From Macrostomum hystrix (lineage: Eukaryota > Animalia > Platyhelminthes), in the NCBI GenBank assembly GCA_950097015.1, contig CATNEN010000002.1:992001-1056000 (forward strand): a DNA stretch of 64,000 bases, given 5' to 3'. The translations under genes were made by a program, and so were the position numbers. This document shows, piece by piece, positions 48,701 through 59,800 of the stretch. The notes beneath the pieces are model-generated. The model was given only the letters and a program-made list of their open reading frames with translations, was not told where the DNA came from and searched no databases. Position 1 is the stretch's first letter. Every line of letters begins with the position of its first letter.

Positions 48701-51700
48701 ATTATGTCATCGAGCCAATATCAGAACGGCAGTTGTCCTAGGCACTAAAGTCTTCGACAATAATTGCAGAATATCTCGACGATGCTGTCTCGGGCGGCAT
48801 TGAAAGTTAGTTCATCGTATAGGGCGTAAAATTTTGATTGATATGGTGGACTTTCACGAAAATCGGTCATTCGGTTTGGGAGCTATCGCAAAGTAGGCCA
48901 GTGGGTATTTGAAATATTCACTCAAGGTCAAGTGAACTTGTACAAGCAAAGTAAAGTCCAAGCAAAGCAAAGTAAAAAATCAATTTTATCAGTTCACCTT
49001 CACCGTGCCGAAGGACGCTGCGCAAAATGCTGCCATCCTTCTCAGCGGAAATGTCGTCTCCACGCCAGTCCAACAGTTCGACGTCTATGGCAACACTCGC
49101 CTTGACACCGGCGCAGCAGCCATTAATTAGCTTCACCTGGGACGCTGCGCCATTGTTGCCGCCTGCACCCCCGCAGCAGTCGTTGTGTTCATCACTGTCA
49201 TCGCCGTGAGCGTAGTCACATCTGGCGAACAGCCGACATATTTCTCCCCGGCGCATTGTTGGTAGGCAGACCTCCAGGGCTTTTAATGTCTCACCTTTCA
49301 TGTTTTTTAATTGAGAACAAAGGCATTTTAACGATTTCCGTATAAATGAGCATTTGAATTTTTTACGGCCTATTTTTCATTATATTTTATTGTTATTTGT
49401 TATACAAGCTAAGCTGCTATTTTATATTTTGCCACTTCCGTTGACTAAGTGCTCAAAAACAATATAATTTGTGCTGAATAACACGATCGTATAGCTGTCG
49501 TAGTGTACTGTTAGCTGCAGTTAGACTCTGTGTCTTACGCTAGCATCATACCCAGGAACTTCTGGACAGAGCTCGGTGAACCCAGGCTGCAGAGATGCAG
49601 TCGACAGCTTCGCCAGTTCGACGGATCAGTCATGAAGTCTCTCGGATACTTCAAGGCCGCTGTAGAACTGGAGAAGATTCACCAGCGTGAACATCATGGT
49701 TACTGCATGTACCCAGGACCATGGATTGCTGGGTAAGGATGCACTGCATTTTAACCTAGACGACGTTACCGTCAACCACGCTGCTGAGGAACTGAGGTGT
49801 TCGCTAGGGATCCAGCGAGGTTTCCGGGCCTAGATCCTGCTAAAGGACAATGTGCGTCCCAGCTACTTTAAGGCTAGACAGGCTAGACGATCCACACGAA
49901 GCCGCTAGTAGTGGAAAAACTGCGCGAAATGGTGATGGAAGGGATCCTAGAGCCCGTTTCCCAAGGCGGGAGCAAGTGGGCATCGCCCATCCTCGTGGAA
50001 AGGAAGCTCAACGGCGACATCCGTATCTGCTCAGATTACAAAGTGGGTGTCAACCAGAAGATCTGCAACGAGTCAGCTCTCTGTGAGTATGGCGTGAAGA
50101 CGTCTAGTGCTCAATTCCAAGCAGCAATCGAATCCATTGTCAGAGGCGCCGTGACGAAACCGCGCAGGACGACATCTGCGTGGGCGCGCCGACAGCTGAC
50201 GAATTGGATGTCAAGGTGACTAAGCTGCTTCAAATCCTCGAGGAGGCTGGCATGCAGATAAATCCACAAAATGTGTCCTAAGAAGCACCGAGATATCCTT
50301 TCTTGGCTACCGAATCTCTGGTGATGGCATCCAACCGGACACCAAGCTATTAGAGAAGATCAAGGCCGCCAAGCCGCCAGCCACTAGGAAGGAGCTCGAG
50401 TCCTTCCTTGGTCTGTCAAACTACTTATGCGAAATACATCCGGGCTTATTCAGAGCGGAACGAAGTGCGCAGTGATTAGACCGCCACTATCAGGCACCGT
50501 GCACACATGGCCTTCCGAGAGCACATCATGGAAGCGCGTGCACATGGATCACGCTTATGTACCAGGAATCTGACTTCTGGTTGTGGTCGACGCTTTCTCC
50601 GGCTGTCCAGAAGCCGTGCCTGTTGCGGACAAGAGCGCCAAGACTGCGGGCAATCTTCGCTAGGCAGGGCGTGCCTATGACACTGGTATCCGACGATGCG
50701 CCAGAGTTTCGTGATCGGGAGCTGCAGGCCTGGCTGGAGCCGATCGACGGCTGCTCCCGATTGTACACGCCGCCGTACCATCTGCAGTCACCAGAATCTG
50801 TTAAATTCATCGTACAGACAGGTCACAACACGGCCATCGTAACGCATGGCGCCCACGACCGTCCTGTCCGTGCAGAGATCAGATTCGACGGGCGCCGACA
50901 GACTTATTGGGCCCATCCAAGGAGCTTCCAGTGACGGCTCCCAGAGCTCACCAGAGCTCTGCCTTCCAGCGGACGACCGAATCGCGGACCAGCCGCCAAA
51001 AATAAGAAAAGAAGCGAAAGAACAAGCAAGGGCATCCCACCTGAGCGCCTGATTTTGCGCCGGTGAAGGGGATGTGAAGCCGTGACTAACTTTTGTCTGC
51101 TAAACTAGGGCACCCAAAGCAGTCTTTGTCTGCCTCCATTTCGTGTGCGTGTCCTGTCTCTCCTCGTCCCATCCAGCGTTAGCGTTTCTGTCTCCGCTCC
51201 TCATCTTTCTTATCTGTCACTGTCAGTATCTGTCACAACAAGTATGTACACATCCATAGCTCTGTCTCACACTCACACGTACTCCACTACAGCATAAGAT
51301 TTCTGTCCTATCGAATAGACAGTAAGAACTCAAATTGCCTCACTAAGCGGCAATAAAGCACTGTTAGTTACCGTGGTGTACTAAAAGCTGTCGTAATGTA
51401 CTGTTAGCTGCTGTGCTGTACTTTTAGCTGTCCTAGTGTACGATTGCTGTCGTAGTGTACTATTTACCGACGGTGTTTACCAGTAATTGTAGTTTTGCAG
51501 CTCTTTTCCCTGAAAGAATAAATGTAGACCTGATGGTTCAAGCTAAAATTCTCACCATTATCCAATTTGAACGAAAGCGGCTTGCCTAAGCCGTCTTCAC
51601 CGCGAGTGCAACCATAAACCTGGCCGTCACGGTCGCCTCCAAAATATTTAGCAGTCAGGTGAACTGTCACATAGTCTCCGTGATGCGGCCTACTTAATAA

Positions 51701-51901
51701 TTCTTCGCTGTCGTCTGTTTCAGTGGAACTTTCTGAGTAATTCAGAGACCTGCTGCGAACTTTGAGCATCATCTTGAAGACGCCGCCGTCATCTGTCAAG
51801 GCCTCGGCTTCAGCCGGAACATTCAACGGAGGCAACTGCACAGGAGCCTGTGGGGTACCTTCGCCGTTAGCTGACAGACTGGGATCTGTTGATGACGTCA
51901 T
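45750..51901 (-). CDS. FKBP4: FKBP4/FKBP5-type immunophilin (2 FKBP domains + TPR), ~564 aa, 5 exons
   Basis: join(51556..51901,48998..49294,48031..48503,46584..46979,45750..45932), 1695 nt with consistent phases. Motifs: DDGGVFK, DVELLDWRGDDISAEKDGSILR, LVYQVELLDFVKPKEVW, LNLALVCL, NEKALYRRGQA, NPANTAAK, EKRIFAGMFDRFA. Orthology to FKBP4 versus FKBP5 is not resolved. Confidence 0.88.
49480..51237 (+). mobile_element. Decayed, internally deleted Ty3/gypsy LTR retrotransposon in FKBP intron 1, antisense to the host gene
   Basis: RT fragment GILEPV...KWASPILVERKLNGDIRICSDYK. Integrase fragments WKRVHMDHA..VVVDAFSG and LRAIFARQGVP.TLVSDDAPEF..TPPYH. Stops and frameshifts present. A polypurine tract (GAAGGGGA) precedes a 165-bp TGTGA...TCACA LTR at 51073-51237. 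No 5' LTR seen. Confidence 0.85.
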
Positions 51902-52504
51902 TCTGTCTGAGTGCTCGCTACGAGATTTAAGTCTCTGAAATCGAATCATGTACGCATTGTTAGCGGCACAATAATCCTTAATCCCATATTCAATGCAAGT
52001 TCTCATTATCTGATATTTTACGCTCGTAACTACTTATCCTAAAATCCTTGTTCTTTACAATTATCCCACATCCCATATTCAATAAAAATGTCTTAAATCC
52101 CACGTGCAACTAATCTATCCCAAATCTCAAAAGAATCTTAAGTCACACAGCATGCACCAGTCCTAATGCTTATCGCACGCCTATGAACTAAATAAAATAT
52201 TTTGCAGTAAGTCAAATAAAAGCCTGCTACAATGGTTATTAACAACTGAAAGCAGCCTGCAGAAATATTAATCACTTAAACAGCTCAACACTGCGCAATT
52301 AGCCGGCTGCGCGGAAATGCCAGAGCAGAATAAACTGCAAGATTTGCCAGTTCTCATTTTGATAATTTATTTTACAAAACATTACTAACAGTAGTGAGTG
52401 CTTTCATAGCACTGCAGACAGATTTTCAGAGGATGCACTAAAATTATCGCGCACAATTTCCCGAAATTCGCGGTAGAAAAAAAACACGAAGACGAAAATA
52501 AGTT

Positions 52505-54759
52505 TCAACGCTTGCGGTTCCGGGTCTTGTTCTTGTTCTTGCCGAAACTCGTCTTTTGCTGCTGCGGCTGTTTGAACTTGGCCGCCTTTTTAGCCGTTGA
52601 GGCGCCGTGCTTCGCCGTGTTGAAGCCGGCGAAGGTGCGGGCGCTCTCCTTGGTGTTGTACTTGGATCGCTTTTTCTGGCCACCGAAGCCAAATTTCTTG
52701 TTTTTGTAGTCTCGCTTTTTGTTCAACTTGCGCTGCTTGCCCTGCTGCTGCTGCATCGGGGCGTCCTCCAGGCCCTGCTGCTGCCGCTGCTGCTGCTTGC
52801 CGCGCTTCTTTCCGCCAAGAATGCCTTCAAGTGTACGAGGCGCGAGATAAATATACTTCTTTGGCATTAAAACTTTCCTTATTGACATTCGCTAGTTATA
52901 TATTTCAGAACATTATCAAATCTACTCAACTTCTGAGCCAACAACTTTCTGTACAAATCTTTCGAACCCGTACATTTGCTAATTCAACACCTTTCATAAT
53001 CTTTTTTTATTTAATCCGACACCTTCTCTTACCCCACACCATCTCGAATCCCACAAGTTCTCGAATCTTAAAAGTTCTCGAATCCCACAAGTTCTCTAAT
53101 CCCACAAGTTCTCTAATCCCACAAGTTCTCTAATCCCACAAGTTCTCTAATCCCACAAGTTCTCTAATCCCACAAGTTCTCTAATGCCACAAGTTCTCTA
53201 ATCCCACACCATCTCGACTCCCACAAGTTCTCGAATCCCACAAGTGCTCGAATCTCAAAAGTTCTCGAATCCCAAAAGTTCTCTAATCCCACAAGTTCTC
53301 GAATCCCACAAGTTCTCGAATCCCACAAGTTCTCGAATCCCACAAGTTCTCTAATCCCACACCTTCTCTAATTTCACACCTTCTCTAATACCCTGTTTTT
53401 CAAACCCCACACGTCTCATAGAATGGCATTACTTATCCCACCCCCAAATCTCACACTAACCATTGTCCCATTGGTCTAATCCGAGGCCACAGACGTCACT
53501 AATATCCTTACCTTCCAAATCGGCGGAATCAACGCCGGTCTTCTTAATCTTCTTCAGCGCGTCGCTGAACTGCCGCCTCTCGGCCTGCTTCCGCTGAGTC
53601 GCCTCAACCTGAGCCTGCTTGGCGAATTTCCTCTGCTGGCGCAGCTCCTTAGCTTTCTCGCGCGCCTGCAGATCCTGTTGCCTAGCAACCAGACTGGAGC
53701 GCACCCGAGCCATGTGATCATCGGTTTTCACCATCTCAGCCAGGTAGTCGTCTGGCCTTCGCGTGGCCACGCCGAGAGCCTTCAAGCGCGACAGACCGTC
53801 AGCTGCGGCAGCCTGAGCCATCCTGTAAAACAGCAGCTCGCGCTTGAAGTCGTCGCGCACGTCGACCTGCGGGATGTGGATCGGAATTCAACTGATGTGA
53901 AACGTGACAACGTTAAGGAAAATAGCAAAATTAAGTCGACAACCCTATCTGATTCAATCGCACAATGTTATATATCCCCACAAAATCCCACACCGAATCT
54001 ACATCACATATTTAACCTTAAGATCCCACTGAAATCCTAAAGCTGATCACTAAAATCCCATTCCGTAAAGTTCCATACAGGCATACACAAAAATCCCATT
54101 CCCAAAAAATTTCAATTATCCCTACCTGCACTATGTACTCTACTTAGGCCTCATAAGCTACCTAGCTTCCACACCTTCTAACCTAGATCTCATGCCCCAT
54201 CGATATCCCATACCCTACCTAGATCCCATACCCTATCTAGATCCCATACCCTATCTAGATCCCATACCTTATCTAGATCTCATACTCTACCTAGGTCCCA
54301 AACTCTACCTAGATCCCAAACTCTACCTAGGTCCCAAACTCTACCTAGGTCCCATACTCTACCTAGATCCCAAACTCTACCTAGGTCCCATACTCTACCT
54401 AGATCCCAAACTCTAGCTAGATCCCAAACTCTACCTAGGTCCCATAGCCTACACAAATTCCCAAATCGCTCATTAATAAAGTCCCTAGCAATCCCTAACA
54501 ATGATCCTACCGTGGCGGGATCGAAGTCCAACTCGCTGCCGGGAACAGCGGCCGGCGCAGGGTCGCAAACCACGTCGAGTCGTTCAACCCAGGGCAGCTG
54601 CTCGACAGTGCTGAACTCGGCTAGCCTGGCCAGTAGGCCGGTATTGTTACACACGTGTACCCGCTGCTCCTTCTGCACGAAGGTGCCCGGACCGGCTAGG
54701 GCGACTGCCTCGCGAAGCTCTTCGTCCGATTCCGAGCCGCTGTCGTTGATTAGCTTCAT
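52505..54759 (-). CDS. EBNA1BP2: rRNA-processing protein EBP2 (307 aa, 3 exons)
   Basis: join(54511..54759,53512..53866,52505..52824), 924 nt. Motifs SESDEEL, LPWVERLDV, DDFKRELLFYRMAQAA, RRPDDYLAEMVKTDDHM, KNKKFGFGGQKKRSKYNTKES. Confidence 0.95.
53040..53392. repeat. Intronic 17-bp minisatellite CCCACAAGTTCTC(T/G)AAT
   Basis: Tandem copies in EBP2 intron 2. Confidence 0.9.
54195..54445. repeat. Intronic 18-bp minisatellite CTAGATCCCAAACTCTAC
   Basis: Tandem copies in EBP2 intron 1. Confidence 0.9.
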
Positions 54760-54884
54760 TGTTTCCTACGAAAACTGACTGAAATTTTCAGCGGAGTTGA
54801 CTTATAGAGAATTTCAATGTGAATATCTGTGTGATATCTGGATCGAAATAATTATTTGGAATTTTAATAGCTAAAATCAGGATC

Positions 54885-55500
54885 TGGGAAATTTCCTGCC
54901 GAAAATATGAATCTGGGATATTTGGAGGCTAAAAAGGGGGATTCCGGGGAATTTCATGCCAAAAATTGGGATCTGGGATATTTCGTGCCTGTGAAAATGC
55001 GGATCTGGGATATTTCGTGCCTAAAATTGGAGATCTGGGATATTTCATGCCTAAAACTGAGGATCTGGGATATTTCATGCCTAAAATTGGGGATCTGGGA
55101 TATTTCATGTCTGGGAAAATGCGGATCTGGGATATTTCATGCCTAAAATTGGGGATCTGGGATATTTCATGCCTAAAATTGGGGATCTGGGATATTTCAT
55201 GCCTAAAATTGGGGATCTGGGATATTTCATGCCTAAAATTGGGGATCTGGGATATTTCATGCCTAAAATTGGGGATCTGGGATATTTTATGTCTGGGAAA
55301 ATGGGGATCTGGGATATTTCATGCCTAAAATTAGGGATCTGGGATATTTCATGTCTGGGAAAATGGGGATCTGGGATATTTCGTGCTTAAAAGTGGGGAT
55401 CTGGGATATTTGATGCCTAAAAGTGGGGATCTGGGATAACTCATGCCTAAAATTCGGGATCTGGGATATTTCATGCCTAACATTAGGGATCTGGGTTATT
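54885..55500. repeat. 30-bp minisatellite GGGGATCTGGGATATTTCATGCCTAAAATT upstream of the EBP2 ATG
   Basis: Tandem copies with degenerate edges. Confidence 0.92.
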
Positions 55501-56824
55501 ACGTGGAGTACAATAGGCGATCTGAGAATTTTTTGCGTGAGAAAATGGGGAACTGTGTTATTTAGTTACGGATCCAGATTCTAAGCAAAATTAGCCACCT
55601 AGAAGTGGATTTTACTCAATTGAGAATACTTGAAAAACATTTGGGGCTTCAGCAAAAAAGTCTTTGGGGTAATTTAACTCAACTTTACTAATGGAATAAA
55701 GATAAAATTAAATTAAACTGCTCATTATATTTCCTGATCCTATAAAAATGTTTAAACTATAATCGTTGAAAGTAATGCAAAACAATAATAGCATAAATTA
55801 AAAAAAACGCACAGAACCACAACAATGACACTTTTAATAAAGAGAAACAGTTTAGAGTACAAATATTTAAAAACTAAATTATCGATCAAAAACTACAAAG
55901 CTAAACTACTGCTAACACATACAATTCTTTTAATCCTCACTTTTGATTATTGTTAAATGGTTTTTACCTTGGAATTCATTGACAACTATTAAATGGAGAA
56001 ATCACAGATTTATGGAATAAAACAATCTTTAGATTATACTGGTAATGAGAACATAGCTCTGTTACTAGACATTACACATACGAAGTGTGTAAATTTTCTA
56101 GTAGATCACAGATTAGGAGAAACAAGCATAGCATAGCAAAATGATTTAGAATTATGATTATGATTTAGAATTTGTATAAAAAGTAGAACTACCAGGGGGG
56201 ATTTTCCCCTGACAATGTTTGGTGCTGCATCCGAACGGGGGCAACGCAAGCACACGAAACTCAAAAACACGGGCCAACTTTTTGTTGCGCATCTCTTCTG
56301 AAACACGAATCAAGTCGCCAGCCCTTCAGACCGTCGAGATATTCAATGGTTCTGGCCGAAGTTCAGATTTTTCCCATAAGCGCTAGTGTATTTTAAACGG
56401 ATTTGCTGGACCTTCAAGGGCTACAACAGGAGGAAATGGGCCACTATGGACACCCTGACGCGAATTTCTCCAGTTTTACTGCTCAAGCCAAAATATTTGG
56501 TATACAAAACATACAAAAACGGGCGGCAAAATGGCTTGGCAAGTCCTACTGTTAATCGAGCTAATATTACGTCTCGAAAAAACAATTAATGATTATTAAT
56601 GATCAAATTAATATTAAAATATAGATTTCTTAAGTCAATTTTTAGAGAAAAATAAAATATTTTAGACACTGGAAAGCGTACACACCATACTACTTATTAA
56701 GTAAGATAAATATAATACCGGAGCATATTAAAAGTCACAGCTAATCAACAGACAACACAAATAAAAGAAAGTAATATTACGCGAGACAATCAAACTATCA
56801 ATCAGTCAATCGATAGGGGGCTTC

Positions 56825-59800
56825 TCAGTACTGAATGCGATTCTGCAGATACTGAATAGCGTCATAGCCGGTAGTGCGCCAGTGCTCCCGGCAGCTGCGC
56901 ACAATTCTTAGAAAGTACTGCGCCGCTAAACGCTCTCCGTCGTTAGGGAAGAACCTCTCTCGAAGCTGCTTGATTGTCTGGCCGCGGAAGCAGTCTAGAC
57001 CGGTGTCCAGCATCAGGGAGACCAACGCGACTAGGGACTCGCGATGCGGCCGGACTGCTAGGAACGCCTGGGTAATGATAGGTAGATTGAAATGTCGGCA
57101 GGGTAGATTGAAGGTAGGCAGGGTAGATTGAAAGGTAGGCAGGGTAGATTGAAAGGTAGGTAGGGTAGATTAAAAGGTAGGCAGGGTTAAAAGTAGATTA
57201 AAAGTTAGGCAGAGTAAATTGAAAGGTAGGCAATGCAGATTGAAAGGTAGGCAAAGTAGATTGAAAAGTAGGCAACATATATTAGTAAGTAGAAGGTGTA
57301 TGTAGATTGGAAAGTAGGTGTGAAAAAGGCAGACTGGAAAGTGTTGGTAAAATAGATAGGAAAGCATATTGGATGGCATTTAGATTGGAAAGCAGGAAAA
57401 CTAGATAAGAAGATAAGATAAGGATGAGCAGGTGTATTTCATGCGAATCTAGGCAACAAGGCATTTATTTGTATGACGATAGAAAAGGGTAGGTAAATAG
57501 GTAGGTAGATGCATTATTAGAACGGTATATACATTCGTAGTTTGGTAGGTACATTAGTAGATTCGTAGATACATTAGTAGATTCGTAGATACATTAGTAG
57601 ATTGGTAGATACATTAGTAGATTCGTAGATACATTAGTAGATTCGTAGATACATTAGTAGATTAGTAGATACATTAGTAGATTCGTAGATACATTAGTAG
57701 ATTCGTAGATACATTAGTAGATTCGTAGATACATTAGTAGATTCGTAGATACATTAGTAGATCCGTAGATACATTAGTAGATTCGTAGATACATTAGTAG
57801 ATTGGTAGATACATTAGTAGATTGGTAGATACATTAGTAGATTCGTAGATACATTAGTAGATTCGTAGATACATTAGTAGATTAGTAGATACATTAGTAG
57901 ATTCGTAGATACATTTGTAGATTCGTAGATACATTAGTAGATTCGTAGATACATTAGTAGATTCGTAGATACATTAGTAGATCCGTAGATACATTAGTAG
58001 ATTCGTAGATACATTAGTAGATTCGTAGATACATTAGTAGATTCGTAGATACATTAGTAGATTGGTAGATACATTAGTAGATTCGTAGATACATTAGTAG
58101 ATTGGTAGGTACATTAGTAGATTCGTAGATACATTATTAGATTCGTAGATACATTAGTAGATTCGTAGATACATTAGTAGATTCGTAGATACATTCGTAG
58201 TTTGGTAGGTACATAGTAGATTAGTAGGTACATTAGTAGATTGGTAGGTACATTAGTAGATTCGTAGATACATTAGTAGATTAGTAGATACATTAGTAGA
58301 TTCGTAGATACATTAGTAGATTGTAAGATACATTAGTAGATTCGTAGATACATTAGTAGATTCGTAGATACATTAGTAGATTCGTAGATACATTAGTAGA
58401 TTCGTAGATACATTAGTAGTTTGGTAGGTACATTAGTAGATTGGTAGATACATTAGTAGATTCGTAGATACATTAGTAGATTCGTAGATACATTAGTAGA
58501 TTAGTAGATACATTAGTAGATTCGTAGATACATTAGTAGATTGGTAGATACATTAGTAGATTCGTAGATACATTAGTAGATTAGTAGATACATTAGTAGA
58601 TCCGTAGATACATTAGTAGATTCGTAGATACATTAGTAGATTGGTAGATACATTAGTAGATTGGTAGATACATTAGTAGATTCGTAGATACATTAGTAGA
58701 TTCGTAGATACATTAGTAGATTAGTAGATACATTAGTAGATTCGTAGATACATTTGTAGATTCGTAGATACATTAGTAGATTCGTAGATACATTAGTAGA
58801 TTCGTAGATACATTAGTAGATCCGTAGATACATTAGTAGATTCGTAGATACATTAGTAGATTCGTAGATACATTAGTAGATTCGTAGATACATTAGTAGA
58901 TTCGTAGATACATTATTAGATTCGTAGATACATTAGTAGATTAGTAGATACATTAGTAGATTCGTAGATACATTAGTAGATTGTAAGATACATTAGTAGA
59001 TTGTAAGATACATTAGTAGATTCGTAGATACACTAGTAGATTCGTAGATACACTAGTAGATTCGTAGATACATTAGTAGATTGGTAGGTACATTAGCATA
59101 TTCGTAGGTAGATTAGTAGATTGGTAGGTACATTAGCAGATTGGTAGATACATTATTAGGTTTGTAGATACATTTGCATATTCGTAGGTAGATTAGTAGA
59201 TTGGTAGGTACATATGTAGACAGTGAAACAAATTAGAGTAAACATGAAAATAAAAGGTAGACAGGCATATGCAGACCATAGGATAGGACAGCTGTTGTCC
59301 AAGCCTCACCTGTACGCAGAGTTCCTCGAACCACTTGTAGCTCTCGCTATCAGTGCCATTGCCCATTACCATGACCATCTCGTTGGAGATTTTCATCTCT
59401 GGCTCGAAGCCCATATTGCCGCCGGGTGAAGTTTCAAACAGAAAGCCGAAGTCGATGTGAATGAGATGGCCCTCGTCATCCAGCATGATGTTGGCATTGT
59501 GCCTGTCTTTGATGTTCAGAATGTAGCAAACCACCGAGTAGGCGGCCATGCTGGTGATGAAGTTGCGCCTGGCAGCCTGGAAGCTGGGCGTGCTCTCCTC
59601 GCCGTAGGTGCTGATGAAATAGTCGTGCAGCGAGGACTCGGTGTTGCGACCGATCTGATCGCGCGACTTCGAGTTCGGCACGCACCTGGATTATGGGATT
59701 TAGTTGGATTCGGATATATTAAGCAAGTCCAGAATCGAACCCCCAACCTCCAAGTTGGATTCGGATATATTAAGCAAGTCCAGAATCGAACCCCCAACCT

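Noticed and set aside
59484-59507. PI4KA catalytic loop DRHNAN instead of DRHNGN
   Set aside because: This position varies across the PI3/PI4-kinase family, and the catalytic D, R, H, N and the DFG motif are intact.
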